From Gnetum montanum (Eukaryota; Plantae; Gnetophyta): a DNA stretch of 64,000 nucleotides. Made by a program: the position numbers and the translations under genes. The stretch is taken from assembly GCA_015680685.1 (NCBI GenBank), contig MNCI01000918.1, positions 85,042 through 149,041 on the forward strand. Direction: 5' to 3'. The notes under the pieces were generated by a model. It had not been told where the DNA came from, made no database searches, and was given only the letters and a program-made list of their open reading frames with translations. The number at the start of each line of letters is the position of its first letter. Position 1 is the stretch's first letter. Below, in pieces: positions 41,901 through 53,900 of this stretch.

Positions 41901-44900
41901 TTGATGGTGACGACGAGTTCCTGCCAGGAGAACGGGGTCAGCAGCCGCGTGCTGTCTTCCCCGTTCAACACCTGCTCAATTGGGACAGAAATGGGGTTGG
42001 TGGGTCGCTTGGCCCAGATCCTCTCCCAATATTGAGTCAACTCCCTAGCGACGCTCTGTGGTTCATCAATAATCCTCCCATCTTGGGTGTGTAAACAACT
42101 TGGTTGGCCCCACCCTTGTGTCTTAGCGACAGCAAAGAAAAATTTTGTTTTCTTGTCCCCTTCTTGGAGCCAGGTGACCCGTGACCTTTGTTTCCAGTAT
42201 GTTTCCTCTTCAAGGTCAAGGCCTTGGAGTTGCCGCAGGATATTTTGCTCTTCTTCATGTAGGTCCTCCCCAACCTCCTATCTAATCTGGACCTAAATAA
42301 GTTTGTCTCGAGTGCCTTGCGACCCGTCCTAAAAGAGAATTCGTCCTCCACTAGTGGGCCCTGATGGCCCATTTCAAGTGGAGTAAGCCCTCCTTAAGGA
42401 AGCTCCTGGGGTCTCCCTGGCCAGGTCGGTAATCCACCCAAACGTCCTCCACTAATGGCCTCAACCAAGGCTTAGACAGCCAAGTTGCCTCAAAGCGGAA
42501 CGGTTGGGGGGTCCAGGGCCTTTCCGGCCCAAGTGAACAGATCAAGGATCGATGATCCAAAGCGACCCTTTTCTGCCCTGTAACCTGCGCAGCCAATCGG
42601 AGGAGGAGGTCAAAACTGAGGTAGACCCGATCGATTCAGGAAAGGACGCGGTCCGAGCCTTTCCTCTTGTTGCTCCAAGTGAACTAACAGTTCCCAATGG
42701 GCAGATCCACTAATGAGTGGACTATCAAGAAATCCTAGAACCCCTGTGCGCCCGAGGGGGGGCAACGCCCCCAGATATTTCCCACAAATGCAAGCACTAG
42801 TTGAAGTCCCCAACAATTAGCCAAGCCCGGCAATCGGGCACCAGCATTGCCATGCGTTCCATCTCCTGTAGCCTCTGTTCCCAATTCTGTGCCCCATAGA
42901 AGTTGGTTAGCCAAATCCCCTAGGAGGGGACGTGGATGGTCATGGTCCATTGTGAGGCATCCACCAACGTCATGTCATAGTCAGCCAGTATAGCAAGACC
43001 TTCGGCCCGACCCATGCGGGCGTGCACGTGGGTTTTCCAGCCATCCCAAGAGAGAAGGTGAGATTCCCTCGCCTGTAACTTGGTTTCTTGGAGGCAAACA
43101 ATGTCACATTCTTCATCCCGAATGATTCTACGCAGGGTATTTCTTTTATAGGGCGTACCCTGTCCCCTACAATTCCAGCTGAGAATCTTCGTGTATGCCT
43201 GGAAGAGCAACACTGGTAGACCTCCAGAAGGGTCTGTTGTAGCCCCAAATCTATACTCCATTGGGCCTGTCTGGCCCTGGACCAGCTCTTACTCGGGCAG
43301 CCGGGGCGACCCTCCCCCTCTTGCACCACTGGGCAACAGCCCAAGTCCTCAGGTGTGGGTTCCTACTCTAGTGGCCGACAGGACTTGGTGCTCCCCCGAA
43401 CCACGTTCACCCATTCGCCCAGGGGGGAGCTCTATCCCTGGTGTNNNNNNNNNNNNNNNNNNNNNNNNNNNNNNNNNNNNNNNNNNNNNNNNNNNNNNNN
43501 NNNNNNNNNNNNNNNNNNNNNNNNNNNNNNNNNNNNNNNNNNNNNNNNNNNNNNNNNNCTGCAGACGGCCTTTACGGCCCATCATGACCTAGCCCCAATC
43601 CTCAAACATTTGTTTGGCTTGGTCCCGCGGCCGCACTGGCCGTGTCCTCTAGAACCAACAATCCTCCTAGTGCCCAGGTTTCCCACAGCTAGTACATCCG
43701 ACTCCCTTGCACTCGCAAGCCTTTGCTCTGTGTTCAAGGCCTAGTTCAACCTCCATGTTCTCAAATTCGACCCAAAGGTGTTCCTCCCCACCTAGGAGCT
43801 CCAGAACAATTTCCTAGATGAGGTCCTCATCCGCCAACCTGTGCCACCCGCAAAACCAGGCAAAGCCCATCGACGCCATGGATTGGGTGACGCTATCGAA
43901 GGTAATGAATTCGCCAAAGAAACCCGCCACCTTCTCCAGGAATTCCAAGTTCCACAGTTCCCATGGGATCCTAGAAATCTGCATCCACACCGGGGCTCGG
44001 GTGAATAAGTCTGTCTCCCGGTGCGCCCCTGGGCACCATGGAGTTAGAGCAAGCCCCCGAGCCTCGTAAAACCATGGTCCCCCCAACATCACCGAGACCC
44101 TAGCCTGTAGGGACAGGAAGATGAACAGAAGCAAGGTCTCCGACAGACTCCAGACCTCCACTTGGCCAGCTTTCCAATGCTCTTGCACCCACTTGCAGAT
44201 TAACTCCATCCGCAAGCGAACACCCCTGGAAACGAAGCGGCCAATGAGGCTCCGTTGCATGGTGCGGATCCCTTCTGTTGGGGCCTTGCTGACCTAGAGG
44301 CGCAGGGTGTGGTCGGCCCGGGAATGTGCCTCAATACCCCCATCAGGTGCTCGCACCCATTCCCCCCCGTGAGCCTGTGTGGCCCAGACCGATTGCTCCC
44401 CATCGCCTTTGCCCTCCCGTGCGTTCGTCGAGCTCTCCTCTCCTGTGCCCGTCGGCTGCTACTATGCTCCAGCGCTTGCCCGGTGTGTCTGTTGCTGCTA
44501 CGCTCCAACACCCGTCTGTCGTTCCTCCTGCTGTTGTTGCTGCGGCTGTTGCTGCTACGGTTCCATCTACCGCTGCTACTACTACGATTCTAGCCTAGAT
44601 GATTTTACCAAGCAAGACTTTTGGAATTCAATGGATTTGGTGTTTCAAGAAATTTCTTAGCAAAAAAGCATATTCATCAAAGATGGTTTTAATGGTCATA
44701 AAGGAATTATGTTGACAAGTCGCACCATGAACTTATAGGAAAGGGTTCTAGATCAATGTTTTAAGGCAAGGATCAACAATTTTTAAGAACTACAATGGTT
44801 TTATGCCAGGGAAATCAACTATGGAGGCCATTTTTTTGCTAAAGGTAACTAATGGACAAATTCAGATGTAAAGAGAAAAATTTACACATGACTCATTGAT

Positions 44901-47900
44901 TTGGAGAAAGCTTACAATAGAGTCCCTTGAGAGATTATTTGGTTCACATTAGAGAGAACATATTTTTATTGGACACATCATATGATAGAGCCACCACTAG
45001 ACTCTACACTGTCTATAGAGAAATTGCTAACTTCCCTGTGAATATAGGGTTATAGCAAGGATCTGTTCTAAGTAACTACTTGATTGCTATTATCATGGAT
45101 GAGCAAACTATAAAAATACAATCTAATATCCCTTGGTGCATGCTCTTTGTGGATGATATTGCATAAAAAAAGAATCATCACCCAAAGCCACAATGCTCAT
45201 CTAACCAAGTGGGATCACAGGAGGGTTGGTAGATAAGCGAAAGCCTAGCCTCTTCAAATAGCTGTGCCCAGGCTCAAACCCTGATCTTTGACTTGAGAAA
45301 GGAGTACCTTACATCACTCCAAGTGGTGGTCCCTATGATATTGCATAGGATAAATCTAAGTCCTTACTACAAAAATGAACACTTGGAGAAGAACCCTAGA
45401 ATCCAAAGTGTTCAAGATTATTAAAAGTAAAATGAAATACACAAAGTGCATTTTTAGTGGAAAAGAAAGTAGCGAAGATGTGAAGAGTAAAATTCAAAGT
45501 CGAAATAAAACAAATTAAGCAATTCAAATACTTGGAATCTCTATGAGACCAACAATGACATAACAAACAAAATTGAAGCAAGATAGAAAAAATAGCAAGA
45601 GGTTAGTGATATGCATTGTGATTAAAAGAATTCTGACTAGATTAAAGGGAAACATATTCAAGATATAGGAATCAAGGTCAATTCAATTCTTAATAGAGAT
45701 AAACAATGAAAAAGAATTCATACAACCAACCCCATGTAGTTGAAATAAGACTAGGTGATGATGATTAGCCATGTATATGCAAGCACTTTTAACTTTATTA
45801 ATCTGAAATACCAATAATATAAAAATGAAATGTGAAAAAAAAAAGATAATAAATTTATGCCTTAATTATTTTATTAGTTTGTTTAGCATTTTTGCTCTTT
45901 AGAAGTTTAAAATCAAATTTATCTTAGGACCTTGTGAGAATTATTCAAAACATTCAGCCAAAAAAAATCATGACTTTTTGAAAAAGGTCAATTAGCTACC
46001 TTTTGGAGAATAATTAGGGACAAATACCATAGTTTCTAAGCTTCATGGTTCATATGATCTGTGTTTGTTCAAACTTCATCTTCCTGTAATTTGTTATAGT
46101 ATACCTAGTTATATTTGATAATTTTACAATCTAAAGCCTGAAAAAAATAGCAGCATCCATTGTTTTGTTTTCCAATGAGCTCTTTCAACAACCTTTTCTT
46201 ACAATTTTCTAGAATTGTAAGACTGATTGCTTTGGAATACCTCAACTCCCTACCCTCCTTTTGCTGTTATATACAGGTTAGCATTGGTTCTGTTATATCA
46301 GTATTAGCCAAGCCACCTGCATCATGTTCCATGATTTTTCACAAATTTTATTTATTTACAGGACATCTTTCCACGTCTTAAGATTCTCCAGAATTTCCTT
46401 CATCTATCTCGATGGCATGCCTTGGTCATGGAAACACCACTAGGATTCAAAACTACAATGATATTCCTAAAATAGTTTACAATATTCTTTTCTCTTGGTT
46501 GCATTCTGCAATTATTAATCTTTGTAATCAAACTCTATCTCACCGTTTCATCGATTTCTCTATCCATTTGGTATTGCTGGTTCCAAATTTCATATGCATT
46601 CTTCATTTCATATATCAACCTTGCTATATCAATCATCATGGCATTCCAGTTTATTGCTGTAGTTACATCATTAATTTAAGAGAAACGGACTGGCACGTAA
46701 CTTCAGTAAGACCTGCATCATCAGAATCAGAACAACTTGATCGCAACAAAATTCTATTTCTCTTCACTGAGGTGCCATCAGGAAGTCCCAAACACTCGCT
46801 GCAAAAGGGTTGACTCAAGACAACAGGTTCTAAATTGTGATCATTTCCTTTTCAAAACCTGCTGCAGCTGCACAAGCTCAAACTCTGCAGTTATCATCGG
46901 ACTGAAGCTGTTCTGGATCTGCAGAATTTGAGTCGCATTGCCCCAATACCATGTTGTACTACGGAAATAGTACTCTTAAGAACTTAGTGTGGCGGGAGCA
47001 ATCAAGAGAGAGAACTTTTATTGCAATCAGCTTTATATTTTGCAATGTATACTTTAATGTTAACATAGTGACCTGGCCACTATAGAATGTAGGATTCGTC
47101 TGGCCGGCGCAGATATGACCTGAACAGAAAAATAACCGTTGGCGCTCTTTTCTTCCGTTGGGCGCCGCTGCGCTGCTGAGCCCTCCTGCACTCCACCTCC
47201 TGCAGTGCTGTCGTCGCCATCGCTCACCCAGTGTTTGGTGGGGAGCAGGGCAGCTTTGACGTTACCAGCTACCCCTGTCGCGATTTCTGTTTTTCTTGGC
47301 CGTTTTTTTCTTTCTGCCATGCTGTCCCGGACCTTGCCCACGGTGGGTGGACACGTACACTGGTGGTGAGGGTTTTCCTCCAGTCAAGGTTGTAGTGTCA
47401 GGAAAGCGCGTGGCCCAGGCGTGGGCAAGTCACAATGATGGATTCATCAACTTCTGCATTTCCTCAGGGAAGTTCATCTACCTTACCTCAAATTGATTTT
47501 CTTTTACCGGATGATATTTTTGAAGTAGTTTCTAAAGATTTCACATCTCGTTTTCTGTTTTTTCAAATTGTGGGGTTTTTACCAAGGTCCCCAAGTTTCA
47601 ACAAAATTCACCTCACTATTGAACATCTCACTAATAAACTAGCTCAAGATCCCTTCAATACTCTAGTTCACGAGGAGCTTGCTAGAGCACGCGTTGCCTT
47701 CCAACATTGGGAAGTGTACCGAGCACAAAGTGCCTTAACTAAAAGTCGGCTCACTTGGTAAAATATTCAAGACGAACACTGTAAGGAATTTTTTAAATAT
47801 CTTAATGCTGCTTCCCCTTCGCATGCTATTGACAAAATCTCATGTGATGGTACCACCATTACTGACCACAATAGTATCCTCTCTTTTCTTAAGAACCACT

Positions 47901-50900
47901 ACGAAACCCTTTTTGCAGCTACCCCAATGGACATCTCTTCGTTCAAGGCTACCACCCTGATTATCCTCACCTTATTAATCCCACTATGCTACAAAGCCTT
48001 GACGCTGATATCACTCTGGCGGAGCTACAAGAGGCTTGTTCCAAGTTAAGTCGAGGAAAGGCTCCTGGTTATGATGGGTTTCCTGTAGAATTTTCTCAAA
48101 ATCATTGGGATTTGGTGGGCAAGGATCTTTTGCAGGTCATTAACGAGGCTCTCTTAACTAGTTCCATTCGGCCCAATCTAAATCAAGGGGTAATTCGTCT
48201 CCTCCCCAAGTCTGGGGCTCTAACTGATATCTCCAATTGGCATCCCATAACTCTTCTCAATGTAGTGTATAAAATTTGGGCAAAGTGCCTTGCCTTACGG
48301 CTGAAAAAAATTCTTGGTCAGATCATATCCCCTCAGCAAACAGGATTTGTTCCTGGTAGATATATTTTAGACAATGTGGTCGTGGCGTGGGAAGGTCTCA
48401 AGTGGGCTGAGGATGATGGACAAGATATTCTCCTAATGAAACTTGATTATGCCAAGGCTTATGACAACATTAAGTGGGATTTTATCTTGCAGACTATGAC
48501 CAAACTTGGTTTTAGACCTAAGTTCTTGCATATGGTGAAATGTTTATTCTCATATGCTACTGCAAGAATTGCCACTACCTTCGGCATTACCTCTCCCTTT
48601 CCAATACATAGGTCTATGCGTCAAGGTTGTCCTCTCGCCCCCTATCTCTTTATCATTGCATCAGACACTTTCTTTGTCATCCAATTAACCTGGACATTCA
48701 AACTAAAGTTCTCACTGGGGTTAGCCTTTCCTCCTCTCAACCACAGCTTCTCAATATGCACTTCGCCGATGACTCCTTTTTTCTAGTTCAAAACACAGCC
48801 ACCAATTTGCACCGCCTCTTATCAAGGGTGGAGCAATATTGCACACTCTCAGGTTCCAAAATTAATTGGAATAAATCCTCTGTTTATAGCTTTACGGGCA
48901 ATTACAAACATGTGACCAACTATAATTGGAAGCGGCTTCAGGATCAAGACATCGTTAAGATTCTGGGAATCCCTTTCCATTTTAAAGGTTCAACATCTAT
49001 CCTTTGGGAGCAAGTTATTTATCGAATTCAAAAGAAACTCGACAAATGGAAAACTAAACCCCTCACACTTGCAGGTAAATACCTTGTTTGTAAGTCCATA
49101 TGCGCGTCCACCCATGTGTATTACTCTTCGTGTTGGGCCCCCTCCCAAGCTGCCTNNNNNNNNNNNNNNNNNNNNNNNNNNNNNNNNNNNNNNNNNNNNN
49201 NNNNNNNNNNNNNNNNNNNNNNNNNNNNNNNNNNNNNNNNNNNNNNNNNNNNNNNNNNNNNNNNNNNNNNNNNNNNNNNNNNNNNNNNNNNNNNNNNNNN
49301 NNNNNNNNNNNNNNNNNNNNNNNNNNNNNNNNNNNNNNNNNNNNNNNNNNNNNNNNNNNNNNNNNNNNNNNNNNNNNNNNNNNNNNNNNNNNNNNNNNNN
49401 NNNNNNNNNNNNNNNNNNNNNNNNNNNNNNNNNNNNNNNNNNNNNNNNNNNNNNNNNNNNNNNNNNNNNNNNNNNNNNNNNNNNNNNNNNNNNNNNNNNN
49501 NNNNNNNNNNNNNNNNNNNNNNNNNNNNNNNNNNNNNNNNNNNNNNNNNNNNNNNNNNNNNNNNNNNNNNNNNNNNNNNNNNNNNNNNNNNNNNNNNNNN
49601 NNNNNNNNNNNNNNNNNNNNNNNNNNNNNNNNNNNNNNNNNNNNNNNNNNNNNNNNNNNNNNNNNNNNNNNNNNNNNNNNNNNNNNNNNNNNNNNNNNNN
49701 NNNNNNNNNNNNNNNNNNNNNNNNNNNNNNNNNNNNNNNNNNNNNNNNNNNNNNNNNNNNNNNNNNNNNNNNNNNNNNNNNNNNNNNNNNNNNNNNNNNN
49801 NNNNNNNNNNNNNNNNNNNNNNNNNNNNNNNNNNNNNNNNNNNNNNNNNNNNNNNNNNNNNNNNNNNNNNNNNNNNNNNNNNNNNNNNNNNNNNNNNNNN
49901 NNNNNNNNNNNNNNNNNNNNNNNNNNNNNNNNNNNNNNNNNNNNNNNNNNNNNNNNNATTCTTGAACATTACTTCTACTAATCTTAAATTTCTGTGGAAA
50001 GTTATTAGGCCTACTATTTTATATTATATTTGGAAGCGAAGATGCAATGTTCTATTTCAAAAGACAGAGTATTCTAACAAATGTTTGCTCATCAGGTTGG
50101 AGAAGTTGCAGATCTTTCGCCTCACCTATTTTCAACTCACATCTCAAGCATCCAAGTTCAATCTGGACAGTCATCAATTGGTTCATCTCCTGCAGCTATG
50201 GGAAAGACCTATGTGTTCCAGTTACACTTAGCATCAGTAATCTCTGCAAGGAAGTTTTCCTTTTTATTATGTGGATTCACCATTGGAATTCTCTCTATCC
50301 TTAATTGAGAGCTCTTTGCCTCATCTAATTCTATGTCATTCTATTTTGTAACAAGCCAGTCTGTGCGGACATTTGGCTGTGCCCCAACTTGGGGTTCCTC
50401 CTCTAATACTCGTTTATTTCTAAGGTGTTTCCCGTGTGTCATTCACGATGCTCTCAGTTTTCCCTTTCCTTTAACCCTATGACTTATTCAAGTTGTTGTA
50501 ATTGATGCACCTTTAATTTCAATAAAACTTCTTTTCAGGGTCCGACACCCCCCACTATAGAATGTAGGATTTTCATATTCATCAACCGAGTGGGGAAAAA
50601 CAAAAACAAAAACAAACCTTTGCATGTTCTAGATGCTTAAGTGCTTGTTCCTGGTGCGATGAATTAAGGAAGAGCTGAATAGAGCAAAGACCTGCTGCTA
50701 CATGATCATTTTTCAAAACCTGCACATAGAGAGAAATAAAAGTGATGACAGAAACCAAACAAAAATTCTGGTAGAAAGCAGAGAAAAGAATAGTAAAAAA
50801 AAATTTGAAAAAGAAAAACACCATAGTATCTTGACGTGAAGAATTTTTTTGAAACTGAAACTGAAACTTAGTTCAATTAGAGGTCTATATAGACACATCA

Positions 50901-53900
50901 AAAGATCTCCTGGTATAAACAGCACCAAGAATGATAGATTTTCGTCATGTGTCTTATGTTTGAAGTTAATGATCAAATCATTATAACAAATACTCATTAG
51001 TTTGCTATAGAAAAGAAAAGGTATGCTTTAAAGTTTATCTCATGCCTTCTAGAAAAAAAAAATCGAAGTGGATGTTCATTGGAAATTTGTTGCACACATT
51101 TTTTGAACTGTTTTTAATTACATCCTAGACCCTAGGGATCTATTGGACCAGTTTAGTTTCAACCCCTTTTCCCTTATGCCTGTGTATCTCAACAGTAACC
51201 CATTGGGATTGAAGCTGTTACTTATAAAAGCAAGTCACTTGTGTTACCCAATAAGTCACATCCTTCTGTAATCAGGTGGGGTTCGTTAATGGCAGATAAC
51301 TGCAAGACCAAGTGTTACTCTTGCAAGAGATCCTGCACTCAGTGAAGAGGGCTAGATTTCCAGCCATGTGCATCAAACTGGACATAAACAAGGCTTATGA
51401 CACTATGAGCTGGAGGGCACTCAGGTGATGATTGAAAAGGGGTTTCATGCAAAGTTTGTCAATCTTTGCATTCAAATACAACAGAGTGGCAGCTATTCCC
51501 TTGACATAGATGGGAGGCTCTGTGGGTTCACTGGAACAGGGAGAAGGAACAGGGAGAAGGCTGAGGTAGGGGGATCCACTGTCACCGCTCCTGTTTATCA
51601 TGGTCATGGACTTGTTTAAAGACTATTGCCTTGCCGAGGGTGTTCAGGGGTTGAAGGTTGCTAGGGTGCACAATGTGGTAGCCCATTATGCGGATGATAC
51701 GATGGTATTTTCCAGGGCTACAGTGCCGCAAGCTACAACCCTGTTACAAGCAATGGAGAGGATGCAGAGGGAGATCAGCCTTGCAGTCAATAAAGGAAAA
51801 TCAGCCATCTATTGCACCCACACGAAGGGAAGGGTGCAAGCCAATATTGTACAGACATTGGGTATTTTACCAGGCCAGGTGCATGACACATATTTGGGAA
51901 TGCCTATCTTTGACTGGAATAGGCAAAGGACTTGGCAAGGACTGATAGAGAGGGTGCAGCAGTGGACCACACTTTGAACTAGCCGATTTCTGTCCAGGAA
52001 AGGGAAGATGGTGCTGGCTACAACGGTTCTGATGGCAATAGCTCGGTTTACAGCATCCATGGCAACACCTCCAGCCATGGTGGTGCAGAAGATTGATGGC
52101 ATTGTGAGGGAGTTCATGTGGTCAGGAGGTAAAGGGGATAGGAAAATGCACCTGGTGTCATGGATGGTCACAGCGCAGCCACAACTAGCAAGGGCCATTG
52201 GTATTTTGGGATTTGGGGATGAGATGGCATTGGGCATGCACCGGTTGTTGAACAAGTACATAGGGCAGAGTGAGGGGGTAGCACCATAGGTGGAGATGTT
52301 ATGACAGAAATATCAATGATGGGAGGTGCATCCAAAGTGCTCACAGCTCTGGAAGAATTTTTGCCGCCATGCTGCTGTGGTGGAGCAGCTCGGTTTGTTG
52401 GGGCAGCCCCCAAAGGAACTGGTCAAAAGTTTTGGTACCCACAGGAAGAGGGATGGGCAACAATCTAGAAGGGCCATCTCCCCAAAAACATAAAGGCGTT
52501 TGGATGGTTGCTGAAACATAGGGCGCTGCCAATGAGGGCCATGTTGAGAGAGAGAGGGATCAGCATGGATGCCAGCAGTCCACGCTGCCAGGAGGCGTCT
52601 GAAACGTTGCACCATCTCATCTATGATTGCAAGATTTTGCAGGAGGCATGGTTGGCTGCCAATATATCCCCCACCACAGGTTTTCATGAAGACTCCTTGC
52701 CCCTTGCTCTGCTATGGGTCATGTGGAAATCCAGGAATTATCTGATTTTCCATGGGCAGTCGATTCCTTCAACCGTGGCCATGGCCCAAGAGGCGCGTGG
52801 GTTGTGGAAGGAGGCCACGGACGCCATGGAGCAATGCATACTATTTGAACCATCATGGACAAAATTCTCTAGATTGCCCAAATTATGGGCACTGGTGGAC
52901 CACTAGCAGGCAAATTCAGAAGTTCGGGTTGTAAGGGGTCTGGAGAGATGTGGTGCTCCTGGTGGAGAGGTATTTTGTGCAATCAGGGTACCCCCACAAA
53001 TTGGTAGGGGTACATTTCACTTTCCTCAAGCACCTTCGGCAAGGCTCACCAGTGAACCTACCCTGCTTTTTCTAGGACTCTCTGTGTAGGAGGAGGTTGG
53101 GGAGACATCTTGGAGTTATTCTAGCACTTTGGTGCAGGGGTGTACTGATCGTACACCAAGCACCAACGATCATGTACCAAAGAAGGCAACGTCAAGGGAC
53201 GTCTGCCAGGGAGCAAGTGCTGCAACACCAGGGTGCTGAGATGGAGGGCGCGGGAGCAGAAACATCCACAGCCATGGAGGAACAGTTGCTGGAAGAGCAC
53301 CACTTAGCGGCTAAGTCAGCGAGGCTAGAGGAATGGGCACGATGGTAGCTCAGATGGGAGGACATGTGACAAGAGGCTCGCAGAGAAGCGAACAAATCAC
53401 GCCTGCAAGACCTTAGGTGGATGGAGGCAATGTTTTCAAAGCATTGGATGGGACTTGAGTAGCTTAGAGCAAAGAATCAGCAAATAATGATGCTTGGGCT
53501 AGGGTTGACTAGGCAGCAAAGTGCGATTGGCACTGATGCCTCAAAGGCCTCAGCTGCAACTAAGAGTAGGGGATCTAGATCACGGTTTGCCGAGACCACA
53601 AGGTGTAGTAGTTCGAGGACAGACGCGGGTAGGTAGTGCTATGATCCTGGGTAGTCCGGGGTGCATGTGTTTGTACCCTGCTCTAGGGAACAAGGATTGC
53701 ATATCTAGGATGAGGGTTATCAAGCAAGGTGAGAGGACAGCGTTGTGTTAGCGCGTGGGTGATTTTGTGATATGGTGTGGGTGACCACAGGTCACATGGA
53801 TGGGATGTGCCGAGTCCGGTCGATAATATTGTGTACATTATTTTTTGGAATAAAATCACTCAATCATTTTCCAAAAAAAAAACGTTCATGTTCATGTTTA

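Larger units (their letters stand above)
38170..45765 (+). mobile_element. 5'-truncated RTE-clade LINE split by L1 copy D and a SINE
   Basis: Left piece ends IIPIYKNKEDMQSYGNYRGIM (38574); right piece resumes GIMLTSRTMNL*ERVL (44698), then DLEKAYNRVP, IPWCMLFVDDI and 3' tail ...ctaggtgatgatga; colinear with the RTE at 15090-16640. Confidence 0.8.

Noticed and set aside
46100-46960. Possible coding fragment or missed exon
   Set aside because: Exons 50618-50719 and 37120-37263 already join seamlessly (HLEHAK|MHFEEG); no recognisable domain.
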